A stretch of 64,000 bases of DNA from an uncultured Chloroflexia bacterium (GTDB taxonomy: Bacteria > Chloroflexota > Limnocylindria > Limnocylindrales > CSP1-4), in NCBI GenBank assembly GCA_963760625.1, contig CAVXDU010000013.1, forward strand, positions 206,129 to 270,128, read 5' to 3'. A program made the position numbers and the translations under genes. A model generated the notes under the pieces. It did no database searches. It was not told the origin of the DNA and saw only the letters and a program-made list of their open reading frames with translations. Positions 40,477-48,644 of the stretch are shown here, one piece after another; the stretch's first letter is position 1; each line of letters opens with the position of its first letter.

Positions 40477-40542
40477 GCGCACCCGGAACCGAGCCTCGGC
40501 CTCCTGACAGGACTGCAGGCATCGGCCCCCCATGGACTGACC

Positions 40543-40947
40543 TCAGAAGGCGGCGGTGCCGTTGCACTCCTCGCCCGTTCCGTGGTTGACCGCGTGGACC
40601 TTGAAGGTATCGGTGCCTGCATGGTTGGGGCGGACCCTGCGGACCTCGAACGAGCCGGAGGGAGCCTTCGTCACCTTCTGGCCAGCGAAGAAGCGGTCGC
40701 CGTCCTGGCGCAGCGTGACGGCCCACGTCCTGCCATTCCGGTTGGTATCGATCTCGGCTTCGACCTCGATCCCACCGTCCTCCTTGCTGAGCTTGAGCTT
40801 CCAGGTGCTGCTGCCGGAGCAATCGCCACGCCGCACGACATCGCTGCCCTTGGCGCTCACGACGGTGCCCGTGGATGCAACCGCGCCGAGGCACAGCAAC
40901 AGACCTGCGCCGATGATCCCTGCACGCGTGCTCCGACGTCGTTCCAT
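40543..40947 (-). CDS. Small secreted hypothetical protein
   Basis: MERRRSTRAGIIGAGLLLCLGAVASTGTVVSA is a signal peptide. The mature part is beta-rich with a Cys pair (GDCSGSS ... GEECNG). Confidence 0.6.
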   Translation of the reverse strand: MERRRSTRAGIIGAGLLLCLGAVASTGTVVSAKGSDVVRRGDCSGSSTWKLKLSKEDGGIEVEAEIDTNRNGRTWAVTLRQDGDRFFAGQKVTKAPSGSFEVRRVRPNHAGTDTFKVHAVNHGTGEECNGTAAF

Positions 40948-41057
40948 ACAAGCCTCCTGGTCCGGATGCGGTGGGCCGATGCCCGTGCCGTTTTCGATCG
41001 GAGGTACATACGGACATCCAGCAGGCCGCGGATTTGTCGTCGCCCAGCAGCCGACTC

Positions 41058-41736
41058 CTAGAGCTGCTCGCAGGCGATGCCATCCCTGTCCCGGTCGCTC
41101 CGCTCATTCGCCCGGTACAGAGTCGTGCTCTGGTGGAAATCGGTGACCCGTCGGGTCCTGCCTCGAACCCGGTCCATCGCGCCCACGCGACCCACCCCAT
41201 GCGGATATACCCTGCGGAGTTGGGTGCAGTTCGCGAAACCCGTCGTGATGACGGGCTTGGGCCGTGCCTTCGGCTTCGGCTTTGGCCTCGGTTTCGCCTC
41301 TGGCTTCGCGGTCGGCCGCGCCCGGGCGGTGGCTCGAGGGGCGGGCACCGGGATCCGACGTCAGCCCAGGGGTCGCAGGAGGGGCAAGTGCCAAGCGGAG
41401 GGTGCCACAGACGGCATATCCGGCGAGCCCCGATGACACGTCGGAGCAGCGCCCCGTCAGGACCGCCGCCGGGTCGCGACCGTCGAGGATGGCCGGATGC
41501 GCCGCGGCGGCCCGAAGCCAGTCATCCCAGTCCGCGCATCGCTTGATCGTGGCGTCGAGATCCGCCAGCGTGGCTGGGGACCCATCCGACGCGAATGCGC
41601 CGTCACAACGGCCCTGGTCCCTGCTTGCCGTGCTCGGGCTCCCGGCGGAACACCCGCTCACGATGGCAGCCACGATGAGGCAGCACGCCATGACGGCGGC
41701 CCCAGGCCGGACCGCCGATCCTCCGAGAAACGACAT
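41058..41736 (-). CDS. Lipoprotein with a K/P-rich linker and a C-terminal Excalibur calcium-binding domain; one frame change near 41340
   Basis: The N-terminus MSFLGGSAVRPGAAVMACCLIVAAIVSGCSAG has a lipobox (VSGC) in ORF 41104..41736. The C-terminus KPEAKPRPKPKPKARPKPVITTGFANCTQLRRVYPHGV...DRDRDGIACE (Excalibur DxDxDGxxCE) is in ORF 41058..41348. Confidence 0.75.
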
Positions 41737-41945
41737 CCGCGGAACTGTCGCCCGACCCGTCCGTACCGCGCCATCGTCTGATGGTCATGGGCCAGGAGCC
41801 CGGCCCGCCATTGACCGAACAAGGGGGGCCAACAGCGCGTTGTCAAGTGGCCACGCGAACCGCCGCTACGGGCTTCACCCGGCTGGTGGTCGTCCGGTAG
41901 CGTTGCCGACGCTCGGATGAGCGTGTTGCGTGTCCATCCGCGCCC

Positions 41946-42016
41946 GGGGCGATAGCTTAGTTGGCAGAGCAGCTGCATCGCAGAAGGCCGAGGTTCGATG
42001 CCTCGTCGCTCCACCA
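41946..42016 (+). tRNA. tRNA-Ala-like element (CGC in the anticodon position) with a truncated anticodon arm; possible pseudo-tRNA or assembly deletion
   Basis: The sequence is GGGGCGA-TA-GCTT-AGTTGGCA-GAGC-A-GCTGCATCGCAGAAGGC-CGAGG-TTCGATG-CCTCG-TCGCTCC-A-CCA. It has a perfect acceptor stem with a G3:U70 wobble (the Ala identity pair), a canonical D arm, a canonical T arm (TTCGATG loop) and an encoded CCA. Only 17 nt sit where the anticodon arm plus variable loop need about 22. The 3' strand of the anticodon stem is missing. Confidence 0.55.
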
Positions 42017-42314
42017 CTCCGATCGGCGTGGTCGCGCACCCCAGCCAGGATCTCGGGCGCAGTGATCGCACGACAGGCGACGCGCCAGCTCCACGGCACG
42101 CTCGTCCCGATGGCGGCCTGACGCCATTCCCCTGGAGGTTGGCGGAACGATCGGGAGGCCTGTCGCATAGCGGTGCCAGCACTTTCGATCTGTGACGCAC
42201 CGTTCACGGTCGCATCAATCTGCACCTGACACGGCAAATGGCCGACAGACACGGAGTGGCACACGCTCGGCCGGAGATCGTGCCGGGCTGCCCCGACCAC
42301 AGGGAGAAGATGGG

Positions 42315-43070
42315 ATGCGTCCTCTGGGCAACCGCGGCCGGCTCGGCTTGGCCTGCCTTACCGCCGTCGTGGCGTCACTTGGGGCCGTCGTGCCCGCCAG
42401 CGCCGCCCCGAGCGGCGTGGTAACCGTCACCGGTACGAGCGTGAGCAAGATCGAACTGTCGCTGCCGGACTCGACGGCGGCTTTCGGCACCAACCTGACC
42501 CCGGATGGGGTCGCGAGCAACTCGACCGATACCGTGACCGCGTACGTCGATGGGGCTTCGCCCAGCACTGGGGCCTGCTACAAGTGGCCCGGGTCATCGG
42601 TCGTGCGCAGCAATGTCACCTACAAGGTCAGCGTCACCGCCTCGGCGGGCCTGGCCAAGCTCGGGTTCCTGACGGCCAACCCCGGGACCTACGCGCAGTG
42701 CGTTGCCGGCGAGCCGGCGTCGACCAACATGTTCCCGGCTGCGACGCCCGCGGGCTCCCAGCTTGGTGTCGACCCCGCAGTCGGGTTCGACCTCCGGGAC
42801 AGCAGCGAGGTCACCGTGGGCACGGTCCGGGCGAGTGTCCAGGCGACATCGTGGCCGGGGTCGACCGTCGAGGCCATCGGCGAGATTCCGCCGGGCATCC
42901 CGGACGGTACCTGGAGCGTCGACGCGCACGCTCAGATCGGGAACGGTGATCAGGCCAACCTCACCAAGTCATTCACCACAGGCGACCCGTCCTCCGCTCC
43001 GCCGCCGTGTGTCACGCCAGGCCCTTCACCTGCGGCGTCCCCCGATGCGAGTCCTTTGGCGACGCGGTAA
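42315..43070 (+). CDS. Secreted hypothetical protein (paralog A) with a P/S-rich C-terminal tail
   Basis: ATG 42315 gives MRPLGNRGRLGLACLTAVVASLGAVVPASA/APSG (signal peptide). The conserved core is AAFGTNLTPDGVASNSTDTVTAYV...GACYKWPG...VSVTASAGLAKLGFLTANPGTYAQCVAGE. The tail is PSSAPPPCVTPGPSPAASPDASP. Confidence 0.65.
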   Translation: MRPLGNRGRLGLACLTAVVASLGAVVPASAAPSGVVTVTGTSVSKIELSLPDSTAAFGTNLTPDGVASNSTDTVTAYVDGASPSTGACYKWPGSSVVRSNVTYKVSVTASAGLAKLGFLTANPGTYAQCVAGEPASTNMFPAATPAGSQLGVDPAVGFDLRDSSEVTVGTVRASVQATSWPGSTVEAIGEIPPGIPDGTWSVDAHAQIGNGDQANLTKSFTTGDPSSAPPPCVTPGPSPAASPDASPLATR

Positions 43071-43148
43071 GGGACCCGCCGGACTGCGACCATGAGGATC
43101 CGTTCCCGCCCCGCGCCCCGCGCCGGTGGGCCACAGCCCACCCAGGTC

Positions 43149-43889
43149 ATGAAGTGGCTCGGACCCCTGCTCGTCCTCGTCCTCTTCCTTGCGCAGGTGT
43201 CTGTTCGAGCAGCAGACGAGACGACCCCGCCGAGCGCTGCGCCTCCCACGCCGGTCGCCACACCCGCAACGACGCCCGCACCACCGCCTGCCCGGGACGT
43301 CCGGGACGGTCCCCCGCGCGGTCCGATCCGGCCCCCGACCCGACTCCGCGTCATCGAGACGACGCGCATCCGAAGGACGGCCCGGATCCGACAGCGACCC
43401 CGGCACCGGAAGCCATAAGCCCGGCTCCGAACGACGCCCAGGACCGACCGGTCGATGAGCAGCCCACGACAGGCTCAGCTTGGCACCAACCTGACGCCCG
43501 ACGGCGTCGCCAGCAACTCCACGGACGTGGTGTCGGTCGCCGTCGACCCAACGATCCCGAGCGTCGGCGCCTGCTACGTCTGGCCCGGAACCGTCTCGGT
43601 CCGGAGCACATTGGCGTATGACGTGACCGTCGTGGCGGCGGCGGCCAACGCTCGGCTGCATTTCCTGACCGCCAGCCCGCCAAACTTCGCCGCGTGCGTG
43701 GCGGGGGAGGCCGTCGGGACCGCCATGTTCCCCGGCGCGATCCCCGCGGGAGCATGGGTCACGAACCAGTCGGCGACCGCGGCGCGAACCCACTCGTACT
43801 GGCTCGGCCTGGATGTGCGCTGGACCACGCCGCCGAGCACCACCCTTGGGAACGCCACGCTCACCATCAGGGCGTTCGTTCACTGGTGA
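43149..43889 (+). CDS. Secreted hypothetical protein (paralog B of 42315..43070); at least 2 frame changes in the P/T-rich linker
   Basis: MKWLGPLLVLVLFLAQVSVRA/ADETTPPSAAPPTPVATPATTPAPPPA is in ORF 43092..43418. The linker continues in the frame of ORF 43007..43621. The core AQLGTNLTPDGVASNSTDVVSVAV...GACYVWPG...VTVVAAAANARLHFLTASPPNFAACVAGE is in ORF 43455..43889. Confidence 0.6.
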
Positions 43890-44131
43890 CCGGCCGCTGC
43901 CGCGGCGGACCTCGCGACCCGGTCCTCGATGCGAGATGGCCGTCGATCGTGGATGAGATTGTTGATCGTTGGTGGACCGAATCTCCCGGCCGGCGCAGCA
44001 GAATAGGGCCCGGCGACGACCCAGAGACGGCGTCGATGGGCAGCGGGGTCGGGAGCGCAGGGATGCTGTCGGCTCCGCTGCCCGCTACATCGGCGCCAGG
44101 ACGACCCATTCCGCCGCCGCGATGACGGTGT

Positions 44132-45190
44132 CTAGCAACCCGTGCAGCCGTTCGGTGTGTTCCTCTTGAGCTTGCCGCCGTGTCGCGTCACCGTGCCGGC
44201 GTTATGTATCCCGCCACCCGAGTGTCCGGCGGTATTCTCGTTTACGACGGTATCCCGCAGCGACACGACGCCCGTGGCCTCACCGAGTTGGGCGTTGTAT
44301 ATGCCGCCGCCATCGTGCCGGGCCTCGTTGCGCGTCACACGCGAATGCTCGACGGTCAGCGAACCGACGTTCAGGATGCCGGCACCATCGTAGTTACTGG
44401 GCTCGAGACCACTCGGGTCATCGTGGCGAGTCACGGTGACGTGCGACAGCAGCATGGTGGAGCCGATGTCGTTGTAGATCCCCTTTGGGGCTCTGGTCAC
44501 GGTCGAATGGCTCAGGACCAGGTGTGCCTGCGGTACGTCGCTGCGCTGGCCATTGCCGTTCGTGATGTTGGCACTCCGGTTGTCGCTGAACCGCGAGCGT
44601 GAGACGATGGTGCTCCCGCGGTTCAGGAGACCGATCTCGCCATTGCCACTCACGACCGAGTGGACCAGGTTCGCGCGTTGGCCCGCGTCTATCTCGAGCC
44701 CGTTCAACCGGTTATCGCGGATCGCCGAGTCGTACGCAGCCAGGCTGCCACCGGCCACCCGGACACCAGCGGCGTTGGTATTGCTCACCGTGACGTCCCG
44801 CATCGTCAGGGTGCCGAACATCAGGACGCCGTAGATCCCGCCGCTGATGGCCAGGCCGGAGATGGCGACCGTTGGATTCGTCTCGCTGATCTGCAGGACG
44901 ACCCGGTCGACACCACGAAGGGCAGCATCGCTGCCCTGACCAGCCAGCGTCAGGTCTTTCGTGATGACGAAGTTACCGATACACGTTCCCGTGACGATGA
45001 GCGAGTCACCGGGAGCCGCGGCATCGATGGCCGCCTGCAGACTGGCACCTTGTCGGCAGTCGACGAGGGTGCTACCGGCAGCAGCGGCGGCCTCTGGTGT
45101 CGCGATGGCCGTGAGCACCAGGCAGCAGGACAACGCTGCCGGTGCGAGACGGTGCACGGCCGACCCCTCCACCCATGGCCCGCGCCGCAT
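44132..45190 (-). CDS. Secreted right-handed parallel beta-helix repeat protein
   Basis: The signal-like N-terminus is AVHRLAPAALSCCLVLTAIATPEAAAAAG. About 22-residue repeats with N/G/V/I periodicity follow (ISGGIYGVLMFGTLTMRDVTVSNTNAAGVRVAGGSLAAYDSAIRDNRLNGLEI...). The 352-aa ORF is intact. Confidence 0.75.
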   Translation of the reverse strand: MRRGPWVEGSAVHRLAPAALSCCLVLTAIATPEAAAAAGSTLVDCRQGASLQAAIDAAAPGDSLIVTGTCIGNFVITKDLTLAGQGSDAALRGVDRVVLQISETNPTVAISGLAISGGIYGVLMFGTLTMRDVTVSNTNAAGVRVAGGSLAAYDSAIRDNRLNGLEIDAGQRANLVHSVVSGNGEIGLLNRGSTIVSRSRFSDNRSANITNGNGQRSDVPQAHLVLSHSTVTRAPKGIYNDIGSTMLLSHVTVTRHDDPSGLEPSNYDGAGILNVGSLTVEHSRVTRNEARHDGGGIYNAQLGEATGVVSLRDTVVNENTAGHSGGGIHNAGTVTRHGGKLKRNTPNGCTGC

Positions 45191-45359
45191 ACCGGGAGGT
45201 TGCGCTCTGCGAAGCCGTCCGGCACAAGTATGCGGTGCCGGTGTTGCCAGGCACCACCCGATGCGTAAGTCCGGATCAGGACCGCCGCCGACCGGACGAC
45301 CCGCGCCTCAGCTCTGGCGCGGTCAGCTCATCGGACCGCGGGCGCCGAGCTGGAGGGAG

Positions 45360-45702
45360 TCAGAAGATGCGGCCCCCGGCACCATATGTCACGAGCATCA
45401 CCACCAGGACGAGGACCGCGGCGAGTACCGTCCCGACGATGACGACCCAGAGGAATCCGCGCATCACGCGGCGCATGGTCCTGGGGCCATTCCCGGCACC
45501 CGGGGTCGCCTGGCCTCCGCCTCGACCTGGTGCGGTACGCATAGGACACGGTCAATCGGGACCCGGTCCAGTTCTGGTCGGTCGGGAACCACCCGTGCCC
45601 GGCCGCGTCTGTCGCATCCGCCTCGAACAGGTCCTCGGACTGAGAGCGGTACAGCCCCTCGTATACCCGCACCCGGGTCTGCTCAACCATGCCACGGAGC
45701 AT
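45360..45702 (-). CDS. Hypothetical protein with a C-terminal TM helix (possibly one frame change near 45540)
   Basis: MLRGMVEQTRVRVYEGLYRSQSEDLFEADATDAAGHGWFPTDQNWTGSRLTVSYAY (ORF 45328..45744) may continue into RVMRGFLWVVIVGTVLAAVLVLVVMLVTYG (ORF 45360..45542). No family recognised. Confidence 0.3.
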
Positions 45703-45794
45703 GGCGTCCGTCGGCCCCCGACGACAATGGCCAGATAGGGCCATCAGACCCAGTCACACGGTCGAGGCCCCTGCGTGACACCCTGGCCGCGAGG

Positions 45795-46040
45795 TCATCC
45801 GGGCGATGGCGCGAACACCGCAGCCCAATCGTTCTTGATGCTGACGACCGTCCAACCTGGTCCCTTGGCACGTTCCAGCGCGGCTTCCGAGCCCGTGACG
45901 TAATCGAACTCCCGCTCGGCGTCGTCGTGGAGCACCAGAGTCGCATGGACGGACGGGACGGTCGGCCTGCGAACGCCAGCATCGGGATATCGCCGTTGGA
46001 ATTGCCGCCGGCGAGGAAAGGGCGCCATTCCGACGTCGCG
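45795..46040 (-). pseudogene. C-terminal remnant of a HAD-superfamily hydrolase
   Basis: GGNSNGDIPMLAFAG (HAD motif IV-like) is in one frame. ATLVLHDDAEREFDYVTGSEAALERAKGPGWTVVSIKNDWAAVF is in ORF 45795..46049. There is no room for the N-terminal DxD half before the next gene, which ends at 46107. Confidence 0.5.
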
Positions 46041-46106
46041 ATCCTGCACTCCAAGCCTAGCGACCGGGTCGACCGGCTGCCGCGTCCGGGCGCCGACACC
46101 CGACGG

Positions 46107-46466
46107 TCAGCGGCCATCGCGAACGGCATGTTCCGCGCGATAGCACGCAAACAGGCGTGCCAGCAGTGCCTCGAGGTCGCGTACCAATTCGTCGTCCAGG
46201 CTCGGGAATGTGAACGCTGCCTTGCCCGATCGCCGGCGAAGCAGCGCCTCGGAAGTACCCTCCAGCGCCTCCGGGCACCTGTCCGCGACCAAGAGATAGA
46301 GGCTGACGTAGCTCTTGCCGGTCTTGATGCTTGCGAAGTAGTCGTGCGCCTTGGCGCCCGGCCAGCGGAGCGACGGCATGCCATAGATGGTGGCGGCCTC
46401 ACACTCGAAACGGTAGGGCTCGAGGAGGGACCAGAGCGTCGCCTCGATCGCCTGGAGATCGGCCAC
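46107..46466 (-). CDS. DUF1801 (YdhG-like) domain protein
   Basis: 119-aa intact ORF. MPSLRWPGAKAHDYFASIKTGKSYVSLYLL ... AAFTFPSLDDELVRDLEALL fits the YdhG-like pattern. Confidence 0.6.
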   Translation of the reverse strand: MADLQAIEATLWSLLEPYRFECEAATIYGMPSLRWPGAKAHDYFASIKTGKSYVSLYLLVADRCPEALEGTSEALLRRRSGKAAFTFPSLDDELVRDLEALLARLFACYRAEHAVRDGR

Positions 46467-46498
46467 GGTCGCAGCCGGTCAGCGGAAGGGCGGCGAGG

Positions 46499-47017
46499 TC
46501 ACCCGGGGTCGTCCCCCGGAGGCATGCTTCGCGGCACTTCGCCGGCGCGCGGAGGACTGCCGGACATGACCGACGTCCCAGCGGTCAGGTCGAGCACCAT
46601 CACTGCCTCACCCCGCTCGATGCCCACCGTCCGATATCCAAGGGAATCGTACAGGTGCTTCGCCACATGGTTGTGTGGTGCCACCCGGAGTCGCACTGCG
46701 GGAGCCTCGCGAGCCCTCGCGATCCGGTGCAGCGCCTCCATGACCGCACGACCATAACCCCGATCGCGATAGCCGGTCCGCACCGCAACACCCAGGCTCG
46801 GCACCGTGTAGCCCTCGTCCCAGCCTCGCAGCATGCCGTATGCCACGGGCACCTTGCCCCGCCAGCCGATGAGGTAGACATCACTCCCGTGATACTCCGC
46901 GACCGTGCGCGCACCCTCCTGCGTCATGTCGTGGGGGTGGAAGTGGGTGGTGTCGATGGCGGCGAACAGCACGCCCAGCGCGAGGGCATCCTCGGGGACC
47001 ACGGGGCGGACCTCCAT
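46499..47017 (-). CDS. GNAT family N-acetyltransferase
   Basis: The acetyl-CoA motif A region is LGVAVRTGYRDRGYGRAVMEAL (R/Q-x-x-G-x-G/A) followed by NHVAKHLYDSLGY. The 172-aa ORF is intact. Confidence 0.85.
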   Translation of the reverse strand: MEVRPVVPEDALALGVLFAAIDTTHFHPHDMTQEGARTVAEYHGSDVYLIGWRGKVPVAYGMLRGWDEGYTVPSLGVAVRTGYRDRGYGRAVMEALHRIARAREAPAVRLRVAPHNHVAKHLYDSLGYRTVGIERGEAVMVLDLTAGTSVMSGSPPRAGEVPRSMPPGDDPG

Positions 47018-47098
47018 TCCCCCACCCTAGTGCGAAGTGGTGCGTCCGGTCAACACATTCTCCGGTGCCGCGGGACACGTGTGATGGTGTGAAATCAG

Positions 47099-47857
47099 CT
47101 ATGTGGCCGCGTCCCCATCGCCCTCCGACCCGGGGACCCGTGGCAGTACGGAGGCGCGATGGAACACCACGCAGCATCGACCGGGCTGGGGTCGCAGCTC
47201 GACATCGACATCCGTGATTCCCAGGGCGCTCACCATGCCATCCGCCCACGCCAGGTTCATGCCGCAGACCAGCTCCTGGTTCCTTGCAGCCAGCGAGCGA
47301 TATGGGCAGTTCCGAAGCGTCACGTCCCCGGAACCGGGATCCACATCAGGGCCGAACCCGGCTCCCTGGAGCACATCGACCAGGTCGGGTCGTCCGCGTG
47401 GGTCGCGGTATCGCGACGTGGTCGCGCCATGCGCTTCAGCACCAACCCGGCCCCCCGCCGCTCGCGCTACCTCGTGGAGCACCGCCCGAGTCGGCTCTGC
47501 GTCCAGCAGCACCATCGCATCTGACAGCATCGTCGCTGCCCGCTCGTACTCGCGCCGCGGCAGTGACACCGCCACGTCCACGTCGGCCGGGCGATACAGC
47601 TTGGCGGGGCGACCCGCGCCCGGTCCCGAGCGGCCGCTGCGCCTGCGGAACTCGACCAGGAGCAGGCCAGCGCCCGCCAGTCGATCGAGGTGAAAGGCGG
47701 CGAGCTCCCGGGAGATCCCGATCGCAGCAGCGGCGTCGTCGCGGCCGACCGCATCGTCACTCCTGACGACGAGGTCGTAGAGACGTCGACGAGTCGGCTC
47801 GTCGAGGAGTGCCACGGCAGGAATTGCGGTTTCCCGCGTCCGCTCTTCTATCACCAA
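47099..47857 (-). CDS. Winged-helix (ArsR/MarR-like) transcriptional regulator with a C-terminal Cys-containing domain
   Basis: LLDEPTRRRLYDLVVRSDDAVGRDDAAAAIGISRELAAFHLDRLAGAGLLLVEF...GRPAKLYR is a wHTH. The C-terminal RNCPYRSLAARNQELVCGMNLAW is a conserved Cys-bearing module. It is divergent from folE. Confidence 0.75.
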   Translation of the reverse strand: MVIEERTRETAIPAVALLDEPTRRRLYDLVVRSDDAVGRDDAAAAIGISRELAAFHLDRLAGAGLLLVEFRRRSGRSGPGAGRPAKLYRPADVDVAVSLPRREYERAATMLSDAMVLLDAEPTRAVLHEVARAAGGRVGAEAHGATTSRYRDPRGRPDLVDVLQGAGFGPDVDPGSGDVTLRNCPYRSLAARNQELVCGMNLAWADGMVSALGITDVDVELRPQPGRCCVVFHRASVLPRVPGSEGDGDAAT

Positions 47858-47875
47858 CTCACGCTATCACAACGA

Positions 47876-47904
47876 TTGACGACCTATGCCGTCCAGTGTA
47901 ATGA
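47876..47904 (+). promoter_or_regulatory. Candidate sigma-70-type promoter for folE within the divergent intergenic region
   Basis: TTGACG (47876-47881), a 17-nt spacer and TAATGA (47899-47904) with TG just upstream. The locally AT-richer region also has CTATCA (47864) and two TGATAG copies (47902 and 47918) that could be operator half-sites. This is prediction only. Confidence 0.3.
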
Positions 47905-47948
47905 TAGCAGCAGTTCCTGATAGAGACCGACCTAGGGAGCCTACGGCA

Positions 47949-48644
47949 ATGACCATCGCATTGACCCACTTCGGGATGGACGACCATCACCACGCGTCGA
48001 CCATCGAGGGAGCCTCGGGTCCCCCACACCTGGGGCTCGTCAGGCGGAGATCCCGCCAACCGAACGACTTCGGTATGAGCACCATCTCGGTGAGGATCCT
48101 CGTCGCGCTCGGCCTCGACCTGGAAACACCGGGCACACGCGACACCCCCCGACGCCTGCTCACCGCCCTGATCGACGCGACCCAGGGATATGACGGCGAC
48201 CGGAAGCTGGTCACCTCGTTCCCAACCGAGTGCCGCGGGGGCACGGATTGCGAGCTTGCCCAGATCGTCGAAGGCCCCATCCCCTTCCACGCCCTGTGCG
48301 AACACCACGCATTGCCGTTCTTTGGACGCGCATGGCTGGGCTACGTGGCCCACGAGGAGATCCTGGGCATCAGCAAGCTGACAAGGCTGGTCCACCTCAT
48401 CACGCGACGGTTCGGGGTCCAGGAGCGCATGACCCACCAGCTCGCCGAGTCCCTTGCCAGCCTGACCAGCGCCCACGGTGTGGCGGTCTATCTCGAGGCG
48501 GCGCATCTGTGCACCCAGATGCGCGGGGTCCGGGAGCTCGAGTCACGGACACGGACGACCGCCTATCACGGCGTGTACGAGCGGGATGCCGAGTTGCGAG
48601 CGGAGTTCCGCGACATCGCCGGGATCGGACGTGGGCGTCCATGA
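47949..48644 (+). CDS. folE: GTP cyclohydrolase I (FolE type)
   Basis: TPGTRDTPRRLLTALIDAT, HALCEHHALPFFGRAWLGYV, GISKLTRLVHLITRRFGVQERMT and VYLEAAHLCTQMRGVRE are the FolE-I core with the CEHH zinc site. The start at ATG 47949 has GGGAG 9 nt upstream. ATG 48075 is an alternative. Confidence 0.9.
   Translation: MTIALTHFGMDDHHHASTIEGASGPPHLGLVRRRSRQPNDFGMSTISVRILVALGLDLETPGTRDTPRRLLTALIDATQGYDGDRKLVTSFPTECRGGTDCELAQIVEGPIPFHALCEHHALPFFGRAWLGYVAHEEILGISKLTRLVHLITRRFGVQERMTHQLAESLASLTSAHGVAVYLEAAHLCTQMRGVRELESRTRTTAYHGVYERDAELRAEFRDIAGIGRGRP

Noticed and set aside
41736-44131. A genomic island integrated at the tRNA-like element.
   Set aside because: There is no integrase, and I could spot no direct repeat of the tRNA 3' end. 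No compositional break is obvious by eye. Only two secreted paralogs follow.
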